64,000 bases of DNA from an uncultured virus (IMG/VR IMGVR_UViG_3300001533_001549) (taxonomy: Duplodnaviria; Heunggongvirae; Uroviricota; Caudoviricetes). Positions 30,815 to 41,353 of this stretch are shown here, piece by piece. The notes below the pieces were generated by a model. The model was not told the DNA's origin and ran no database searches. It saw nothing but the letters and a program-made list of their open reading frames with translations. How positions within the stretch are numbered: the first letter of the stretch is position 1; each line of letters begins with the position of its first letter. Where the stretch lies: the IMG/VR virus record IMGVR_UViG_3300001533_001549; one strand, given 5' to 3'. The position numbers were made by a program, and so were the translations under genes.

Positions 30815-31139
30815 ATGTATGATGCTCCTTTAATAGATTATTTTTTACCAGATATCTTTTGATCTGTGCATAATGTTTAGGTGATGTCTTATGGTAATAG
30901 ACCACTGTTTTGCTTCGATCACTTATTTCATGTTCAATGATTTCAGGATCAGGTATCAGCATAGCTTTGATATCTTGATATTGTTTTTTGGTAAGTGAAA
31001 TAATCTGATCAAGATCTTCTTGAAATCTAAGTTGCCATTTAAGATAATAAAATCCTTTGGCCGCCCGTGTCATTATGCTTTTACCGAAGACATGCTGTGC
31101 GCTCAGATAACCTGATACAGGTTTTTTTATGTCATCCAT
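30786..31139 (-). CDS. hypothetical protein
   Basis: MDDIKKPV start after GGAGG. Confidence 0.6.
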   Translation of the reverse strand: MDDIKKPVSGYLSAQHVFGKSIMTRAAKGFYYLKWQLRFQEDLDQIISLTKKQYQDIKAMLIPDPEIIEHEISDRSKTVVYYHKTSPKHYAQIKRYLVKNNLLKEHHTYAYRLTARS

Positions 31140-31201
31140 ATTCACACCTCCAATTGTGCCCAAATAGGGTAGAGGGCGTATTAGCGCCCTCTGTATGGAC
31201 T

Positions 31202-32140
31202 TTAATCTTCATCTTTAGGTTTAGGAATCTTTGCAGTAATTCGTGGAGCTTGTTGAATGATCGTATAAAAATCTTCAAGATTCTCTCCGGCATTCTCCAA
31301 GTATTCTTTTACTTTCTTTTGATTCAATGAACGTGTGACAATATGAGGATTGTATATAATGCGAATATTATCTGTGGAATAAGAATATTCTTTTTCTTTT
31401 TCCATTGTATCTTTTACAACATCAAGTACTTTATCAAGTTCTTCTTTGAGTGCAGTACCTGTTTCTTTGTTCTGTTCAATCTCATTCAGCAATTGCATTA
31501 CAAGTGTTTCTTGTGATTTTGATATGATCTTGTTTGGCTTGACATAATTAAATTCTGTTTCACCTTTAAGATTAGCTTCAAGCAAAGCTTCGACCTGTTC
31601 ATAATCAATGGTATAAATATTTTTAACATACATTCTTCCACCATAAAAATGGATGGCTTGAAGTTTGTAAAGATAATATTTTAACATATCACCTTTCGCC
31701 AATATGTATGCATAAATACTGAGCTGCCATGCCACAACATCAATATGTAATGTGGATGTTGTTTTGAAGTCGGCAATATAATCATTGCCTTCATTTGAGT
31801 ATTGAAGATCCACAGTGCCTGCTGTTTTGGAATTGTCATCAAATACAATCATTTCAGATGTCATTGTGTTTATATCGAGATTTTTCAAATTAACATAATT
31901 GTCAAAAAGTTTGACTTCATCCACAAGATCGATCATAGATTTGTCACCATTGATATACAGTTCCAAAGCCTTGTGTATTGCATTACCTTTTTCAGCAGCC
32001 TTTTTTAAAACTGTTTCAGATATATTTGCATAGTCTGCTGAAAGACCGAACTTTTTAAGTAAGGTCGTTACGCTGATATATTCTTTTTGATTCCGAGTGT
32101 ACGTATGCGAATCAGCGTCAAACTGTATCGGTGTTGTCAT
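31202..32140 (-). CDS. PD-(D/E)XK (Cas4/RecB-like) exonuclease
   Basis: SVTTLL; GNAIH; AGTVDL; ADFKT; QLSIY. Confidence 0.85.
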   Translation of the reverse strand: MTTPIQFDADSHTYTRNQKEYISVTTLLKKFGLSADYANISETVLKKAAEKGNAIHKALELYINGDKSMIDLVDEVKLFDNYVNLKNLDINTMTSEMIVFDDNSKTAGTVDLQYSNEGNDYIADFKTTSTLHIDVVAWQLSIYAYILAKGDMLKYYLYKLQAIHFYGGRMYVKNIYTIDYEQVEALLEANLKGETEFNYVKPNKIISKSQETLVMQLLNEIEQNKETGTALKEELDKVLDVVKDTMEKEKEYSYSTDNIRIIYNPHIVTRSLNQKKVKEYLENAGENLEDFYTIIQQAPRITAKIPKPKDED

Positions 32141-32549
32141 TGGCATCAGGCTCCTTATCAATAGATTTTTCTTTAACAGCATTTGCGTCATAAACAAATG
32201 TCATATTAAATTGTTGTAAAAGTTTTTGTTCGGCGACACAGTCTTCAGTATAATAATGTTCTAGTTCATCGATAGAGAAAAGTTTAAATCGTTTTGCAAC
32301 ATGAGCACTTAAAATATCATAAGCATTTTTTTCTTGATGTGCCACCATAATATCAATTTTTTCTACTTCAGAAAGTGCGGCGTAGGTTTCATCATATGCT
32401 TCTTTAGGCGTATACCAGCGTGCTTTAAAAGGATCACAAGTTGTTTTTAAAATTTTTATTCCTTCTGATGTGATGGATTCGTCTACAAAAAATTCCTTTC
32501 CTCTGGTTTTGATAAACTTCATGGAAACATCCAAATGTTTTATATGCAT
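32118..32549 (-). CDS. hypothetical protein
   Basis: MHIKHLDV start after GGAGG, immediately following the polymerase stop. Confidence 0.6.
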   Translation of the reverse strand: MHIKHLDVSMKFIKTRGKEFFVDESITSEGIKILKTTCDPFKARWYTPKEAYDETYAALSEVEKIDIMVAHQEKNAYDILSAHVAKRFKLFSIDELEHYYTEDCVAEQKLLQQFNMTFVYDANAVKEKSIDKEPDANDNTDTV

Positions 32550-32550
32550 A

Positions 32551-34536
32551 TTATACCTCCCAATTTTGTTTTTCAGACCAACATGTTGTGGTATATTCAA
32601 TATCCGCAATGACATCAACAGCTGTAAGCTTATAACAAAGTCGTTGTCGTATTTCTTCTGCTTCTTTTTTAAGCTGTTGTTCAGGGATATCATCGCAGAC
32701 CAAACCTATTTCATCGTGCACAGTAATCATGAAATGCCAATGTGGTTTGTCTTTTATGTACACATAGATTTCATAAAGTTTTGATAATAAAATATCTGCA
32801 CCGCTTCCTTGTACTAACCAATTCTGAAGCTGGTGTTTGTTGCGTGAATAATAACGACGTAACAACAGATTAGGAATATTATCAGTGACATAGACTCTGT
32901 TTCTAATCCATTTACCAAACATGACCACCCCGGCAAACGCCTGTTTATAACCGTCGACAAGAGCTTTGGCTGTAGGGTAGTCCACCTTTAAAGCTTCTTG
33001 GATTTTAGGTGCGGCCGCACCGTAGTTTACTGCAAAATTTGTGCGTTTTCCAAGTGCGCGATAATGTTTCCAATCAATATCATTTTCAGTCACACCAGGA
33101 AAAGCGTGTTTTGCAGTAAGACCATGAAGATCAGTAGGTTCCCATATCTTATTTGGATCTTCTTCAAGAAAATAATCACCGTTGACTTGGATACATTTAT
33201 AGGGAGAAAATGCTCTAGCCAAATTAAGATCAGGTTCTCCATTGACAATATTAGTCCATTCACATTGGAGTCTAAGTTCCATTTGACTGTAATCAAAATA
33301 AAACATATACTTACTTTTTTTTGGAACAATAAACCAGGAGCGGATATTGATTTCATAATCGTTATCCAGAACCAACGGCTCTTTAGGGAATTGTTGAAAA
33401 TCTGAAGATAACCGACCTGTAATAGTTCCTGCCATATTGTATTGGGTATATACTTTGTATTCATCATCGACATATTGAAGCTTATTAAGAATGCCTGTGA
33501 TGTAAGTTGAAAGATATTTTTCCATCTTAGCGAGATAATTAGCTTTACGTGCTGATGGAGAGACTTCTTCAATTTCACTTCTGGTATTTTTGTCAGCATT
33601 GGTCAAAAGCAGACCGGATTCATATTCATAAAGTTCTTTAAGTTTAGCGTGTTGTCCGATTTTGATTTCTGTGCCATCACGTGAGTCAATGATTTTTGTT
33701 TTCTTCAATTCTTTAAGAATTGCATTTCGATCTTGAAGAAGTCTTTTGAGATCCACAGTAAGTCCTTGACGTTCCATAAGTGTTAAGGGCCACACAGCAT
33801 TACTGATTCGTTTGAGTGTGGGAACTTGATCAAGTTTTACAACCATTGGATACCAAAGCTTGAAAAGACCATGAGTAAGTTTGATGTCTGTCATGGCATA
33901 TGCTATAACATTGGAACAATCTGAATAATTAGGTGCGGGGTTTTTTTCAAGAAATTGTTTACGTGCAGTTTTCAAATGTTTGTATGTATGAAAAACTTTA
34001 TTCCAAGAATTATAAATCTCATTGATTGTTTTTGTTTGTGTTGTAGCTGATTGTGAATGGTCCCAAAGATCATTAAGAATAAAATAATCCCGCATTTTGT
34101 TCTTATGTTCCATAGTAAGTTTGCTTAATTCTGCTTTGAGTTGACGTTCTTCATCAGCAGAATCCACACCAAGATAACGTGTTGCAAGTTTTTTTAAAGA
34201 TATTGAAAATGATTTATCCGTCTGTAAATCATGGCTTACGACAAGACGCGCCAACACTGCGGTATCAATATAGTTTTTATTCTCAAATAATTTTGAATCG
34301 AACCCATCATTGATAGCCATATGAATATCGAACTTGATGTTATGGCCAATGATGGTGTCGACTGTAGACAGATACTGAAAGAATTTTTCTCGTTGTTTGG
34401 TTTCATCAACATGGAAATAATTCTTTTCAATGAGATTCAAATGTTCATCAACAAGACCATAAACATATAGAAAAGGTTTATCTGTAATAATGTTAAGTCC
34501 TGTTGTTTCAGTATCATAAATAAGATATTTAATCAT
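32551..34536 (-). CDS. family A DNA polymerase with 3'-5' exonuclease
   Basis: Exo motifs DTETTGL, HNIKFD, YAMTD; TGRLSS; motif A FDYSQMELR; motif B RALGKRTNFAVNYG; motif C VHDEI. Confidence 0.95.
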   Translation of the reverse strand: MIKYLIYDTETTGLNIITDKPFLYVYGLVDEHLNLIEKNYFHVDETKQREKFFQYLSTVDTIIGHNIKFDIHMAINDGFDSKLFENKNYIDTAVLARLVVSHDLQTDKSFSISLKKLATRYLGVDSADEERQLKAELSKLTMEHKNKMRDYFILNDLWDHSQSATTQTKTINEIYNSWNKVFHTYKHLKTARKQFLEKNPAPNYSDCSNVIAYAMTDIKLTHGLFKLWYPMVVKLDQVPTLKRISNAVWPLTLMERQGLTVDLKRLLQDRNAILKELKKTKIIDSRDGTEIKIGQHAKLKELYEYESGLLLTNADKNTRSEIEEVSPSARKANYLAKMEKYLSTYITGILNKLQYVDDEYKVYTQYNMAGTITGRLSSDFQQFPKEPLVLDNDYEINIRSWFIVPKKSKYMFYFDYSQMELRLQCEWTNIVNGEPDLNLARAFSPYKCIQVNGDYFLEEDPNKIWEPTDLHGLTAKHAFPGVTENDIDWKHYRALGKRTNFAVNYGAAAPKIQEALKVDYPTAKALVDGYKQAFAGVVMFGKWIRNRVYVTDNIPNLLLRRYYSRNKHQLQNWLVQGSGADILLSKLYEIYVYIKDKPHWHFMITVHDEIGLVCDDIPEQQLKKEAEEIRQRLCYKLTAVDVIADIEYTTTCWSEKQNWEV

Positions 34537-34548
34537 ATGTCTCTCCTT

Positions 34549-35874
34549 TCATCGTAATTTTTGAAGATTATTATATTGTGTTTTGAATTTGTCTTGGCAT
34601 AAATTGAAAGCATATTCATCATAACTTCCTTTTAAAAGAAGGACTCTTATGATGACTTGTTTCTTTTGTCCTCTGCGACATACGCGTGCGTTTGCTTGTA
34701 TCCATTTTTCTGTGTCCCATATGGGAGAAAACCAGATGATATCTTCACAATCACTGTTCTGTAGATTAAGCCCATGCGCAGCACTATAAGGACTTAAGAT
34801 TCCAATAGGTATTTTATTGTCATTCCAATCTTCAAAATCTTCTTTGTTTTTAAGAAGCCTGGCACCGGGTAATGTAAGAAGTTTTTCTTTATCAAAAATA
34901 TAATTATACATTATAAGCACCGGTGTCTTTATTGTGGGAAGAATCATTTGAAGATATTTGAATTTGATATCATTCAGATGTACAGTTGTTTCGTTAGTAT
35001 AAACATCACCACTGGACATTTGATTGATCTTGTTTATCATCTGAGTTTTACTGAACGCGATGATATTTTTTGTAGGTGTAAGTTTGACAATGAAATCATT
35101 TTTGAAATTTTCAAGAAGTTCTTTTGTTTCCGGATCAGGTTTAATGAGAGTTTTCTTTATGATAGGTTCAGGAAACAAAGGTTTATTTGGTGCAGGTATA
35201 CTTGTGGAGACATCTTTGATCAAAGTTAAAATATAATCAGTAACTTTTTGAGAATATTGATAACGATTTCTTCCATTTGGAAGTGGAATTGAAATAGCAT
35301 AATTCTCTCTGAACCTTGTGATGTTTTCACCAAGCCGTTTTCCACCATCAATCAAATAGATTTCCGCCCAAATATCTTCAATATTTTTAGGTGTCGGTGT
35401 GGCTGAAAGTACCATAACATTTTGAATTTTATGACACCATTTTTGAATGAGCTTGAAACGTTGTGATTGAGAATTCTTAAAAAGACTGACTTCATCAATG
35501 ATGATCAGATTGAAACGATCAATCAGTTCGTCTGTATCATAATGTAGTTTGACTTGCTTATTTTTTAAATATGTTTTTCTTTTAACTTTGGTTGTATTGG
35601 CAATGTACCAATCAATCATCTCAACATTTATACCTAAAATATCTGTAGGTTGTTCAAGAATTTTAAGCCTGTCTTCAGGTTTGATCTCACCTGTGATATA
35701 ACTGTAAGTGATTTGACCAGAATACCATTTTTCTATTTCAGCAGGCCATGCGGATTCAATTATGTTTTTGGTACTGATCAATAATGTTCTAGGTTTACGG
35801 CTAGCGTTTATAATTTTGTCAAGACATAATTTTGTTTTGCCATAACCTGTATGTAAAAGATATGCGTGTTTCAT
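34549..35874 (-). CDS. SNF2-like (SF2) helicase
   Basis: TGYGKT; DEVS; SATP; HGLNLQ; QANARVCRRGQ. Confidence 0.9.
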   Translation of the reverse strand: MKHAYLLHTGYGKTKLCLDKIINASRKPRTLLISTKNIIESAWPAEIEKWYSGQITYSYITGEIKPEDRLKILEQPTDILGINVEMIDWYIANTTKVKRKTYLKNKQVKLHYDTDELIDRFNLIIIDEVSLFKNSQSQRFKLIQKWCHKIQNVMVLSATPTPKNIEDIWAEIYLIDGGKRLGENITRFRENYAISIPLPNGRNRYQYSQKVTDYILTLIKDVSTSIPAPNKPLFPEPIIKKTLIKPDPETKELLENFKNDFIVKLTPTKNIIAFSKTQMINKINQMSSGDVYTNETTVHLNDIKFKYLQMILPTIKTPVLIMYNYIFDKEKLLTLPGARLLKNKEDFEDWNDNKIPIGILSPYSAAHGLNLQNSDCEDIIWFSPIWDTEKWIQANARVCRRGQKKQVIIRVLLLKGSYDEYAFNLCQDKFKTQYNNLQKLR

Positions 35875-35948
35875 GGTATCCTCCTATTATAAAGAAAAGA
35901 AAAAGCAGGGTTTTGTATGAGTCTCAGCTTCATCGACTCTTTCAATAT

Positions 35949-36401
35949 TTAAAACGGAAGATCAACTTCTTCTTCTTCAATGGTGACTGTTTCAATTTGA
36001 GGAAGATCTCTGAAGGAAAGTGCATGCTGTGTCTTACCTTCATTTTTTCCACTCTTTGAAGTATAATTATATACCGTCACTTTGTAAGAAGAACCAATGG
36101 CAGAATTGGCGATATCAAGAAGAGCTGTTTTTTCTGTCACAGGAATAGTGGCAAGTGCTTTGAACCAATTGATGAGATTAGCATCGAGATCGGTTGTGCC
36201 ATAGAGATAATAGTTATAGAAGAAGTTATACTTTTTCTTATCAATTTCCATAGAAATGAATTGATAAGTTTCTTCTTCAGTGAAACCTAAAACCTTTGCA
36301 ACATATTCTCCCGGAGGAAGAACTTCATTTGTGTAACCTTCTGGAGCCTTAGCTTTTTTAAGGTCCTCAATAAGAATGTCTTTTAGACTTGTTTGGTTCA
36401 T
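35949..36401 (-). CDS. single-stranded DNA-binding protein (DUF669-like)
   Basis: LPPGEY motif; acidic EEEEVDLPF tail; lies in the replication block. Confidence 0.7.
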   Translation of the reverse strand: MNQTSLKDILIEDLKKAKAPEGYTNEVLPPGEYVAKVLGFTEEETYQFISMEIDKKKYNFFYNYYLYGTTDLDANLINWFKALATIPVTEKTALLDIANSAIGSSYKVTVYNYTSKSGKNEGKTQHALSFRDLPQIETVTIEEEEVDLPF

Positions 36402-36403
36402 TG

Positions 36404-37324
36404 TTACCCTCCAATTAGTTTTTTTAATTCATCACGTTCATTATCTGTGAGCGTGTCGACTATCTGTTGTACACGAGTCTTTTTTTCTATAGGTGTAGGG
36501 ACGTGCAAAGGTGTGGCTTTGACAAGATCTATAAAATCTTGTAGCGTATGACCATACTTGATAAAATAATCATTAAGGTCTTCCTTATCTTGCAACCCAA
36601 GATCTATAATTTTAACTTTGCATGCAAATTTATTCATAAGAATATCTGCATCTTTGATTGCACCTTGTCGTCCTGCATCATCACAGTCATAGCATAAAGT
36701 AATTGTTTTGTTTTCTACAGGTTTACCACCTATAACAAGTGAATTGGTGCCACCTATTTTTGCAACTGCATTTGGAATACCCATAGATTTTGCAGTAAGC
36801 ATATCTTTTTCTCCTTCACATATGAGCAAGGAATGATAACGAAGAACATCATCCATGGGTGTAAGAAAACCACCGATATTGTTTTTGTCATATTTATATT
36901 TCGGTGTGCTTAAATTATGATTGGACAATAAAGGGCTATTAAACCAGGTATATCCTGTAGGAAAGCCGTTCCAAGTATGTTTGAACATAAGTTTTCCAAC
37001 ACCTGATTTGAAAAAATATTTCTTGATGACATCATCAGAAATACCTTGGCTCTTCAAAAAATTCATTTGTTCTGTATCTACTGGAGCTTGTTGATATTTG
37101 TAATTTTGTAAGAACATAAATGAACGTTTGATTTTTTCTGCCTTAGCCAATGACACCTGAAAATATTTGGCAATGAATCCTATTTCATCATGCGCTTTTG
37201 CACCACATGCGAAGCAATTATATTCACCGTTTGGTCCAATTCCTGCGCTTGCTCTTGTGTCATCATGAAACACACATTGGACTTGCCCTTGATCGATACC
37301 AAAAACCATTTGATAAATCAGCAT
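36404..37324 (-). CDS. DnaG-type primase (CHC2 Zn finger + TOPRIM)
   Basis: CVFHDD...CFAC; ICEGEKD; YDCDDAG; DLND. Confidence 0.9.
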   Translation of the reverse strand: MLIYQMVFGIDQGQVQCVFHDDTRASAGIGPNGEYNCFACGAKAHDEIGFIAKYFQVSLAKAEKIKRSFMFLQNYKYQQAPVDTEQMNFLKSQGISDDVIKKYFFKSGVGKLMFKHTWNGFPTGYTWFNSPLLSNHNLSTPKYKYDKNNIGGFLTPMDDVLRYHSLLICEGEKDMLTAKSMGIPNAVAKIGGTNSLVIGGKPVENKTITLCYDCDDAGRQGAIKDADILMNKFACKVKIIDLGLQDKEDLNDYFIKYGHTLQDFIDLVKATPLHVPTPIEKKTRVQQIVDTLTDNERDELKKLIGG

Positions 37325-37326
37325 GA

Positions 37327-37605
37327 TTACACCACCGTCTGAACCACATAATGATTACTAGCTGTATCATAGTGATATAAAATGACATTGATGTTGAACA
37401 GTCTACAATAATTTAAGACTGATATCAACAGTGGTGTCAGACCTGTAACATACAGGATCAAATTATTTGTTTTCAATTTGCTATGGATAATTTTTTTATG
37501 CAAATCAAAATCAAATATCTGTTCATTTGTAACGGTTTCGAATATTGCAGGTAGGTCATTGATAGACGGGTGAGAATGTCTTGATTTAACAAGCACATAT
37601 TTCAT
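37327..37605 (-). CDS. small Rossmann-like (CARF/SAVED-like?) protein
   Basis: SRH at N-terminus; LYVTGLTP; LYHYD....Y..Q. Confidence 0.6.
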   Translation of the reverse strand: MKYVLVKSRHSHPSINDLPAIFETVTNEQIFDFDLHKKIIHSKLKTNNLILYVTGLTPLLISVLNYCRLFNINVILYHYDTASNHYVVQTVV

Positions 37606-37639
37606 ATATATTATACCTCATTTCATATTATTTTTCTAC

Positions 37640-39241
37640 CTACCTATCTAGATTTATGGTTGATAGCACTGAGTTGATTTTCTCCAGATCTTCTGGAGAA
37701 TCAATACGAACACCAAGCAAATCTTTTTGAACTGCATGTGTTATTGATATGATAAAAACATTTTTCAAAAGACTATAAATGTTTTCACGTCGCATCAATG
37801 CATGAAGATCTCCATCAGTTATAATAATGTTCAACCATTTTTCAGAGAATTGTTGTGTGATCACATCAGCGATGGCATCACTGTTTGTACCTTTCTTTAA
37901 TTGTTTATACAAAGGATTGGAAAGATATTCTTTTGGTATTTGGGAAAGTTTTTCCCATTTAATATAAGGAACTTCAATAATACTGATTTCTCCTGAACCA
38001 TAAAGATAATAATGAACATCAACAGGGATTTCTTTATGAAGTTTTTCACAGACATTATGCATAAGTTCATGTTTTATTTGTGTGACACTTCCACTTATGT
38101 CACGATAAATTGCGACATTCATATATGTGTGTTGTTTTTCTTGAAACAAAAGTTGATCAGATAAACGATGAGGATTGTAAAAATTAGGAATGATCACACG
38201 TGATTGAATGATCGCACTGTCTTTATGTCTTGCAGCAAATAGACCAACCAATGAATAATTATCAGCTTGAAGACGTTGAGACATGTCTAACAATTCTTGT
38301 TTGACAAGTGCTTGTTCAACTACCAATTCATTTTTGAACAGGTCTGTGGCCTTCTGTATAGGAAGAACTTCTTCATAGATTGTTATTTTACCTGCGTTAT
38401 GACTGTGTTCATTAGAAGTTCCTTTATTACCAGTTGCTTCATAAGAAGTCGTTTTACCATTACGTCCTGCTGTAATAATTTTTTCAAATATATCATTTCC
38501 TCCTGAAGAAACTATTGGTACCAAATGTTTATTTGGATTAGAGAGCGGTGGAAGAGCTTTGTCTTTTTCAAAGATCCCTTTTGATTCACACCACTGATAA
38601 AACTCGACTATCAATTCCAAATAATGTGTCTCCAAATTTTTATTTTTTGATAGAAGAATGATATTGGCATAACCGAAACGTACAGCTTCTGTACTTCGAA
38701 TACTCCAAAGACGGTTAATATAATTTGTAAAAATCTTTTTGTCTTGGTCTGATAAAGCAGGTGAAGCTTTCTGATAGACATACCAATAATTAAAAACATA
38801 TTTGATACTGGCTATGTCATATTCAAAAGGTAATTTCTTAAGACAATTAAGAACATCCGTAAGATAAGGATGTTCCTTTTTAAGTTTGGCTTCAATGAAA
38901 TAATCTTCAAGCCAATTCAAAAGATGGTGGTATTTGCTATGCCATTCTTTAGGCCCGATATTTCTAAGACTGCGCCAAGAAGTCAGAAATCGAAACAGGC
39001 CCTGAGAATAAAGATGATGACCTATCTCATGATAAAAAACAACAAACCTTGGAAGGTTTAGTTTCTGGAACATATTCATTGTTTCTTTTGATAATACAAT
39101 TCGATTCTGATCGTAATAATTGGCTGCAGAAGAATCAGTCATTGTCACTTTGATTTCAGTATTTTCCTCTGTCCGATAAAAAGTATTGCTAATGAATTCC
39201 AATACTTTTATAAATGCTTTATCTTCTTGTTCAGTATTCAT
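37640..39241 (-). CDS. HExxH-domain + vWA (MIDAS) protein
   Basis: YHEIGH...NWLED; DISGS; GTN; ITDGD. Confidence 0.8.
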   Translation of the reverse strand: MNTEQEDKAFIKVLEFISNTFYRTEENTEIKVTMTDSSAANYYDQNRIVLSKETMNMFQKLNLPRFVVFYHEIGHHLYSQGLFRFLTSWRSLRNIGPKEWHSKYHHLLNWLEDYFIEAKLKKEHPYLTDVLNCLKKLPFEYDIASIKYVFNYWYVYQKASPALSDQDKKIFTNYINRLWSIRSTEAVRFGYANIILLSKNKNLETHYLELIVEFYQWCESKGIFEKDKALPPLSNPNKHLVPIVSSGGNDIFEKIITAGRNGKTTSYEATGNKGTSNEHSHNAGKITIYEEVLPIQKATDLFKNELVVEQALVKQELLDMSQRLQADNYSLVGLFAARHKDSAIIQSRVIIPNFYNPHRLSDQLLFQEKQHTYMNVAIYRDISGSVTQIKHELMHNVCEKLHKEIPVDVHYYLYGSGEISIIEVPYIKWEKLSQIPKEYLSNPLYKQLKKGTNSDAIADVITQQFSEKWLNIIITDGDLHALMRRENIYSLLKNVFIISITHAVQKDLLGVRIDSPEDLEKINSVLSTINLDR

Positions 39242-39250
39242 AAGAACTCC

Positions 39251-40135
39251 TTATAATGATGCGATAAGTGACTCCACTTGAAGTGTGGTAACAGTACGCG
39301 CATCTATATTCTTCATACTACAAAGACCTATCAGATGGTTTTTAATTTCTTGAGCATCCAAATAACGAATAATTTCAATCTGTCTGGTACCAAAGATTCC
39401 TAATAAATTTAGAATCTTATAGATATTGTAAACTTTTTCCACCCATTTGACATCTGTGTTTGTCCATTGTGCGATTGTTTCAACAGAGACAGGATCAAAC
39501 CATTTGATATGTGCACGAGATAAAATCGCATCAGGAACAATAGAGATTCCTTTATCTTTATCATTCAATGTAAGAATGAATTTGCAATTTAGATTTTTCT
39601 TATAAATCTTTCCTCGATATTCAAAAGTTGTAGATGTCTTATCAAAGATAGGTTGCATTGTTTTCATAACACCAGTTAAAAGTGTGTTGTATTCATCAAA
39701 AATGATGATATGTCTTTCATCATCTGATAACATCTTAAGCGCGATTGATTCTTCGAATGTTGGGTTACCATCTGTTAATTTGAAATCTTCAAGAAGTGTT
39801 TCAAGATTCAGATTATCCCGACACATTTTAAGAAGTGGTACAATACCACAATCCCTTGCAATTTTTTCTGCAAAATAAGTTTTACCTGTATCAGGTTGTC
39901 CTACAAATAAAGATACTCTTGGTAGTTTTTCAAAAGGATCAATTTTTTCTTGGTCCTTTTTGTTTATGACAAGTTTCTCATAAAGTCTTGCAGTTTCTTC
40001 TGTGGTTGTAATCGGAATTTTCAAAGTCTCAGTAGTGGTATCTGTATAGTAACGAAAGCCTTTGTTGCTTAATACTTTTATAAGACCTTGTTTCATATCT
40101 GATTTCATTCGTTCAATGATATCTTTTGTTTCCAT
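39251..40135 (-). CDS. MoxR/CbbQ-like AAA+ ATPase
   Basis: GQPDTGKT; IIFDEYN; FILTLN; AILSR. Confidence 0.85.
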   Translation of the reverse strand: METKDIIERMKSDMKQGLIKVLSNKGFRYYTDTTTETLKIPITTTEETARLYEKLVINKKDQEKIDPFEKLPRVSLFVGQPDTGKTYFAEKIARDCGIVPLLKMCRDNLNLETLLEDFKLTDGNPTFEESIALKMLSDDERHIIIFDEYNTLLTGVMKTMQPIFDKTSTTFEYRGKIYKKNLNCKFILTLNDKDKGISIVPDAILSRAHIKWFDPVSVETIAQWTNTDVKWVEKVYNIYKILNLLGIFGTRQIEIIRYLDAQEIKNHLIGLCSMKNIDARTVTTLQVESLIASL

Positions 40136-40136
40136 G

Positions 40137-40349
40137 TTATTTCCTTTCCAAAAAGATATTCAAAGATTTGACACCATGTGTATAAGTCATTGAAACCACT
40201 GTACAATCATCTAAAGATTTTGAATCAATATCAGGCACAGCTATATCATTCAAAAAGACTGTAGTTCTTTTTGATAAAGAACCTATAATTCTTCCAGCTC
40301 TTTGATGTTTTATTTTAGGTAGTACTTTTTTTAATTCAGACCATTTCAT
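40137..40349 (-). CDS. hypothetical protein
   Basis: RBS AAGGAG; 70 aa. Confidence 0.55.
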   Translation of the reverse strand: MKWSELKKVLPKIKHQRAGRIIGSLSKRTTVFLNDIAVPDIDSKSLDDCTVVSMTYTHGVKSLNIFLERK

Positions 40350-40489
40350 ATACGTCTCCTTTGAAATAGGACAACAAGGTTCCCAGTCTCTGGAAGCTGA
40401 GAACCATTGTCCATGTTAAAATACATAGTATTTTTCATCATCGCTTTTGAAACAAAGACGATCAAGCCCTGATAAATAACAAATAAAAC

Positions 40490-40618
40490 TTAATCCCGCC
40501 ATACATCTATTGTGATACGTCCATTAATAATATGTATTGATACATTTTCATGAAAAGAATTTTTCTCAAGAAAATCTTTCAAAGTATCAATGAGTTTCAT
40601 CGCAGTATCTTGACTCAT
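40490..40618 (-). CDS. small hypothetical protein (42 aa; not in ORF track)
   Basis: Hand-translated MSQDTAMKLIDTLKDFLEKNSFHENVSIHIINGRITIDVWRD; RBS upstream. Confidence 0.45.
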   Translation of the reverse strand: MSQDTAMKLIDTLKDFLEKNSFHENVSIHIINGRITIDVWRD

Positions 40619-40619
40619 A

Positions 40620-40892
40620 TCATGTCTCCTTTGGTTTCAATCTGATGGTGTATTCACACACATCAATTCTATTTTCTGTGTCCCAATGTTCTTGTGTGGT
40701 GAATGACATGACCTGTTCTTCAGTGAATTTACCGACTTTACCAAGCCATTTGGTAAGCCAGTATTTATCACCAAATGGAAGAACAAGTCCACATTCGTGT
40801 AGACCTGATACACGAATGATAATTTTGTTGTCTGCACAATGAGTTCGGATTGCGGATACATTTCCGTACCCTTGAAAGTGTTTGATTCTCAT
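40620..40892 (-). CDS. hypothetical protein
   Basis: MRIKHFQGYG; ATGA overlap with the upstream gene. Confidence 0.65.
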   Translation of the reverse strand: MRIKHFQGYGNVSAIRTHCADNKIIIRVSGLHECGLVLPFGDKYWLTKWLGKVGKFTEEQVMSFTTQEHWDTENRIDVCEYTIRLKPKET

Positions 40893-41344
40893 ACAAGTTT
40901 TCCTTTCTTGAAGGTGTATAGACTGGACATTGTAAAAGAATTGTGATCAGTACTAAAGACATTATGTTTGCAAATCAAAATAAATGTATTGTTAGGATAT
41001 TTTTTAGATAAGGCTTTGATCACAGGAAATACAGGAGCATATGGGGTATCAAACACAAGTTTGTTAGATGTAATTTTTTCAACATCGCACGCATTCCATT
41101 TGGTACCCCAATTTTTCATTGACCATTTCAACCAATTGTTTTCTTCGAACTCTCTGACGACTTTCATGGATATATTTCCATCAGCCCAAAAAGCGTTTGG
41201 TTTAGTAAGATCAGGTTGATGCTCAGGCATTGGTATGATTTTATTGAAATCTAAATAAGTTTCGTCAGTCATCAATGATTCAATGATTTTTTTTCCTGAA
41301 CGTTCAGGTAGAACTTCTAATATCTGTTGTACCATGTCTGGCAT
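40889..41344 (-). CDS. YubB/DUF1281-like ferredoxin-fold protein
   Basis: LDFNKIIPMP; NWGTKWNA; FDTPYAP. Confidence 0.75.
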   Translation of the reverse strand: MPDMVQQILEVLPERSGKKIIESLMTDETYLDFNKIIPMPEHQPDLTKPNAFWADGNISMKVVREFEENNWLKWSMKNWGTKWNACDVEKITSNKLVFDTPYAPVFPVIKALSKKYPNNTFILICKHNVFSTDHNSFTMSSLYTFKKGKLV

Positions 41345-41353
41345 ATTACCACC

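Noticed and set aside
31202..32140. Cas4 as evidence of a CRISPR system
   Set aside because: It is a stand-alone phage PD-(D/E)XK exonuclease next to a Sak4-like recombinase and lacks the Fe-S cysteines.
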